Below are positions 59,200 through 64,000 of a stretch of 64,000 nt of DNA, in pieces; position 1 is the first letter of the stretch, and every line of letters begins with the position of its first letter. The position numbers and the translations under genes were made by a program. The notes beneath the pieces were generated by a model, which saw only the letters and a list, made by a program, of their open reading frames with translations, was not told the origin of the DNA and ran no database searches. Source of the DNA: Lepidodermella squamata. Lineage: Eukaryota; Animalia; Gastrotricha. The stretch lies in NCBI GenBank assembly GCA_047495785.1, contig JBLDXI010000028.1, positions 434,001 to 498,000 on the forward strand. Direction: 5' to 3'.

Positions 59200-62100
59200 T
59201 TTATCCACCTTAATATCGATTTTGTCGCCATGAAACGATATTTTCATGCTTTCCGATAATGTTAATATGGCTAATACAGGTTTTTTTTTAATTTCAAATC
59301 GGCCGACTCAGGGCGGAAAAATGAGCCGCAAGATGAGACATGCGGTGAGCTTAAAATTAGGTAAAAAAACAGGGACTGGTCGAGGGTCGAGACACCTCAC
59401 ACTGTTTCCATAATATTAGCCATGGAGGTACAGCCATTGGCCGTGGCCCGTAATTTTGGGTTGGCGGAGTCTGGCAATAATGAGCCAGGCGGCGCCCGCC
59501 GTTGCCGGTCGAAATTAATTTCAAAATTAATCAGAAAATATTATTCTTCTGGCTGTAGATAATAGTCAAAAAAGCCGAAATAGCAAAAACAAAATCGGAA
59601 GCATTTGCGTACCATACATAACCAGGAACGCGTATACCAGGTACCAGGTAGGTACCATAATCGGCGGGGAGAAGAATCGGCTTTAGTCGCATTAAATGCA
59701 TAAAACTACCGCCGGTTTCAATGTTACTAAAATTCAAACGCTTTGAATTTTTGTTGAATTTAGGGTTATTAAGTTTTCGAAAATTTAGGGAAAAATCGCA
59801 TGGAACCGTGAAAAATGCAGCGTGGCATTGCGGGACTTTCCATAGATATATTAAAAAAGGAAAAAATCCATGGAAACTACCCACACGTCGGATGAAGGAA
59901 TGCCTAATAAATGGTAAGAGCTGACTTTTCACCTGAGTGGAAAGAAATTGAGGTTTTAAGATACGTGTAGTCCCAGTCTTTAAATTTCGCGTCGAAAATC
60001 TCACTCAGAAAAAATCAGCACTGTTTGTGTGACAAGCTTATGGCATTTACTGTCTTTCAGTTTAATTTAAAAGCGATTAAGAGTCACGTGACTAGTGTGG
60101 CTGTGTTAATGACGCAACAATGAAGGCAGGCGCCCTTCTAAACGGAGGGTTGTGATTTTTTTTGGACTTTTCCTTAAATAGAGGTGATTTTCTCGGTCAG
60201 TTTGTAAAATTTTCGAATTTTGAACAAATCCTAAGATTCCTCTGCTCTTACATTATAATATCACTTAGGAATAGCTTTAGAATAAATTTTACCATTAAAA
60301 TGCAGGCTGAAATACCTGTAATATATGCCCATTTTGAGGATTGTTCTGGTTGCTTGTTGACCATTGTTTAGCGATTTTAAGCGATTTTGACCGGATTTTC
60401 GAGCGATATATCGTTGCTAGCTGTCGTGGCAATTAGATTGTCGAGAAAAAACAGATGCCGAAGCATTAAAACTGGCAGAAATGTACCTTTGACGTAAGTG
60501 AAAAAGCAATAAAAACTGCCTTTTTCACGCACAAATTTTCAATCTGTGCGCTGCCCATGTGTTTTTTTTAAATAATCGATGAGTGAGAATTTTGCACAAT
60601 GCTATTTTGCGAGAGAGTAATTTTGTGCATGTGCGAAGCAAATTTTGACAATTTTTCAGATTTTAGATTTTGGAACATAGAATTTAGTTAGAAATGCCCA
60701 ACTTTACAAAATTCATTCGCCTGGCAATTAATATCCTGAAATCAAGGGTATAGATCTACATTCCGATAAATATTCCTAGGTATTTCAAACTATCTTCGCT
60801 TAATTCAAAATTTAAATTTAAATTTTGAATTTATTGATTTTCGAATTATTTTTATGAAATTCCCCGGCAACTTGCATTTGCGTCCATCCGTTCGGTTTAT
60901 GTTTTATCCATAAGTTTTAACTTTTGAAGCTGTTCAGTATTGATTGCCAGCGACGCCAGAAATTTTAGATGGTTTATTCAATTATTATTATTTTTTATTG
61001 CACCGAATTTATCAGTTTCGTCTCTAATATTCGTCTGACCCCATTGGTTATGGCATCTGGCTATGGCATATTATGTCTAGATTTTGACAGCGTGACAATT
61101 CTTTACACTTGCCAATACCAGGAAGCTGAAAATTCCTGCGAATGACCGGAATGAATCAGTACAATTTTAACCATTATTTTAGTTAGAACTATAAATTATT
61201 TGTCTATTTTATCGCGGTTTTTGCGAAAGAATTTTCAACGGACATGTTAAATTGCATCAGCCTCCGACAGTTGCATTGCTTCGAGGGTCCACGTAAAATT
61301 AATTGCCGCTCACGCTTGCAGCTGAAATTGTTACATGCTATTTTAAAAGAAATTTTTTTGAATTTTTTTTCAAAATTTGCCTTCCATTTTTTCTACGTGG
61401 CTTCGCTAACGTTTTTGGTCTTCATGTCATAGCTCATCCCATTTGATCCACGGATAATTTCTGCTGCCAGCCGCCGCAGCTGATCATACGTTGAGGCCGT
61501 GACCTAATTATGCCGCCGTAAAAGGTGTAATAATCCGCGCACTCGTTTTATTACTGCTGTTTTATTACTTGTCAGGTCATGATGTTTGTTTGTGTGTGCG
61601 TGTAGAAAGAACCGATTTTCCTCGTCGACCTCCTGCGCTATGCAATTTCAGCATCCGTAGATTTCCAATAAAATATTAAATATTTCGATAATTTTTGAGT
61701 TTTAATTTTTTTGTTATTCTAGACCACCAGATTAGCATTTAATTATTATTGTGTTACTCAATCCCGCCCGTGGCTGCCCCAATTTTCGGCATTATTTGTC
61801 CTTCATCGGTCACTGCTTGCCTGGCTGCTAATACTTGGTACGTTTTACCTTCTGCTTCCACAGGATTGAGGTGGGGGGAAGAATCAAATCAAATCATTAC
61901 CCATTTTGTTGTGTGACAGAATTTCCGAGCTATCACTTTTTTCCCGAATTTTTTCCTGAAAGTATTGATGAATTTTTGCGACATGGGAATTTATTGATAA
62001 CATCGAAATCTAATTCGTGTCAAATTCGTAATTTCTTCTGCTGCAATTATCGGTGCACCCGATGGAGCCCGTTTACTCGCGGGTAATTTCGCGATAGCTA

Positions 62101-64000
62101 AGGTGAACAGAATTTCAAGTTTCGTTGGTTTTTCGATTTTTCCAATTTTTCATCTGAATAGCCTAGTGAATAGCCATGATTGAACTGGTATCTGGAAATT
62201 CGCCGGAGCGTTGTGTTGATCGCCGATGATCACCTGCATTTTGTTATTTTATTTCAATTTTCCTGTATTTTTTTATATTTCCGCAATTTTTTGTTCTCAG
62301 ACCGCTCGCGTCCTTAATTTGTAGCGTGCATGAAAATGTAAAAGGAGATCATTGTGGCTCGGAGATGACGCAAGATCAGATTGTTCTCGACTTAGTTTCA
62401 TAAAACCCCTGTTACACAACAGAGGAAAGCGTTCCATATAAGCGATTTTATTCCTTCATTTCTCCATTATTTTCTATTTTCTATTAATTTCTCGAAATCG
62501 TTAGGCAGCTTTTGATGCAACGTCTCTACGCTCACCTCTTTGCTGCAATGCAGTGCTGCAATGCGACTGCTACCTAATGCGGGTAACTTTTACCCACTCA
62601 GATGACCCACCTCAATGAATTATTTTAGCTGCCGTTAATGCTGTTGCTCTAACCAGTCGCTCATCAACTTCGCCTCATCGCGACTACATGTCGGATTGCT
62701 CGGATTGAATTAGTGGATAATTCCAACAATCGTGTTCAATCAAATTTCGGATTATTTTTGATATCAGTTCAGACTTGGCTTGCGTTAGAAATGAAATTTT
62801 TGTGTGGCATGGTTAGTAAAATATTGCCCCATCATTGGGCGTCCAAAGGCTTTGACTTTTAATTTTGCAACCAGCATTGATGATACTTGATTAATTGCTC
62901 GGAGCAGGTAAATTTAATTTGCGCATGATTTGCCTGATGGTAATCGAATCCGGAGGGACAGTATAGGCCACTAATTTTGAACGCCAACATTCCATAAATC
63001 ACGGTCTAGCATTTCAAGATTCGCCCATAAAATTTTCTCGAATTTTGCAGCAAAGAATCTAGGAGGGCAAAAATCTGAGAGCACATTTCAGTTGAGCTAT
63101 TGTTTATAGAATTCAAGAGAATAATCGCCACGTCTTGCTGTTTTTTGACACAAAATAGGAAAATCTCATTTGTTCCCGTCATGCTTCATCTAAGAAAAAT
63201 TCTTATCAAATCCAGGTAATGCCTAGGAATATTCGCGAATAAATATTGAGACTTCCCGATTGGTTATCACCGCTTTAATCATAAATTCACAAATCAGTAT
63301 CTCGTCATAATTGATACAGGCTTGTGCAGTGGACATTGATTTCAGTTTGAAAGGCTTAAGATATTGAAGATGTGAAACACAGCGTATCAGAAAACTCGTA
63401 AATTTGCGATTTCGGCGAAACTAGACCGGTTGATTAACTTCACTGGCTCAATGGCTTGAATGAAACAGGATAAACGGGCTGTCCGTATCTAATCCAAATC
63501 TAATCTGAATTTGCGGAAAAATAGGGAATATTTCATATTTTCGTTATTTGGTTCGGTATTTTTATTTTTCCGTTTCTGAGGCCGTTTACGAGTCAGAAAG
63601 AAATGAGTTGAAAAAGCAGGAGTTTTTGTAACTCCATGGGTAATTCAGCTAAAGCATTTAGTTTACATACCCTGGGATATATTTTTGCTAACCGGAATTA
63701 TTTCATTTTTTCTAACTTATAATTATTTTTTCATTTTTTATTAGATTCTTGAATCTGACGTCCTTCATGTTTCATTCCTTCATCCGGCTGTTGTTAAGGC
63801 GCCGCGGTTTTCACGCATCCGTCGCCTTGATGGAGTGATCATCAGTCCGAAAATCTGCTCCCCGAATCAAATATGCGTTCAAATTCCTGCTGAAAAATTT
63901 CGAATCGAACGGCTGGTATAGCCAGGATGCGCTGGCTACAACACTGTGCATCTGTTAAACTCAACTTGTTGCAATCGCTTATCGCGTACTTTGACGGCAT

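Noticed and set aside
55000-64000. Search for tRNA, snRNA or SL RNA genes and further coding exons
   Set aside because: No convincing RNA-gene structure or spliceable coding model found by eye; an Infernal/tRNAscan search and RNA-seq would be needed.

Overview
Gene-dense eukaryotic (invertebrate animal) genomic DNA with mostly short GT-AG introns; no prokaryotic features. Recognisable genes, in order: DYNC2H1 5' part (-), a 3-hydroxyacyl-CoA-dehydrogenase-like/RING fusion (+), PRCC (-), DCTN3 (-), a calcineurin-B-like EF-hand/death-domain fusion (-), NIT2 (-), a furin/PC5-like convertase (-), an alpha/beta hydrolase (+), RPRD2 (+), two tandem SWEET transporters (+), an intronless Cys-loop channel (+), SCAMP (-), nicastrin (-), ABHD17 (+), a class A GPCR (+) and a small orphan membrane-protein gene (+). 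There are also several MITEs, a hAT transposase relic and pseudogene fragments. Main observations: (1) co-oriented genes 84-277 nt apart, with an unpaired splice acceptor 6-33 nt before the ATG, suggesting operons resolved by spliced-leader trans-splicing; (2) a four-copy family of unrecognised secreted cationic peptides on a duplicated cassette with a conserved, apparently bidirectional promoter; (3) tandem duplicated, probably mutually exclusive exons in SCAMP; (4) two unusual domain fusions. Gene models were spliced by eye and names come from recalled family motifs, not database searches. The region 55-64 kb is largely unexplained non-coding DNA.
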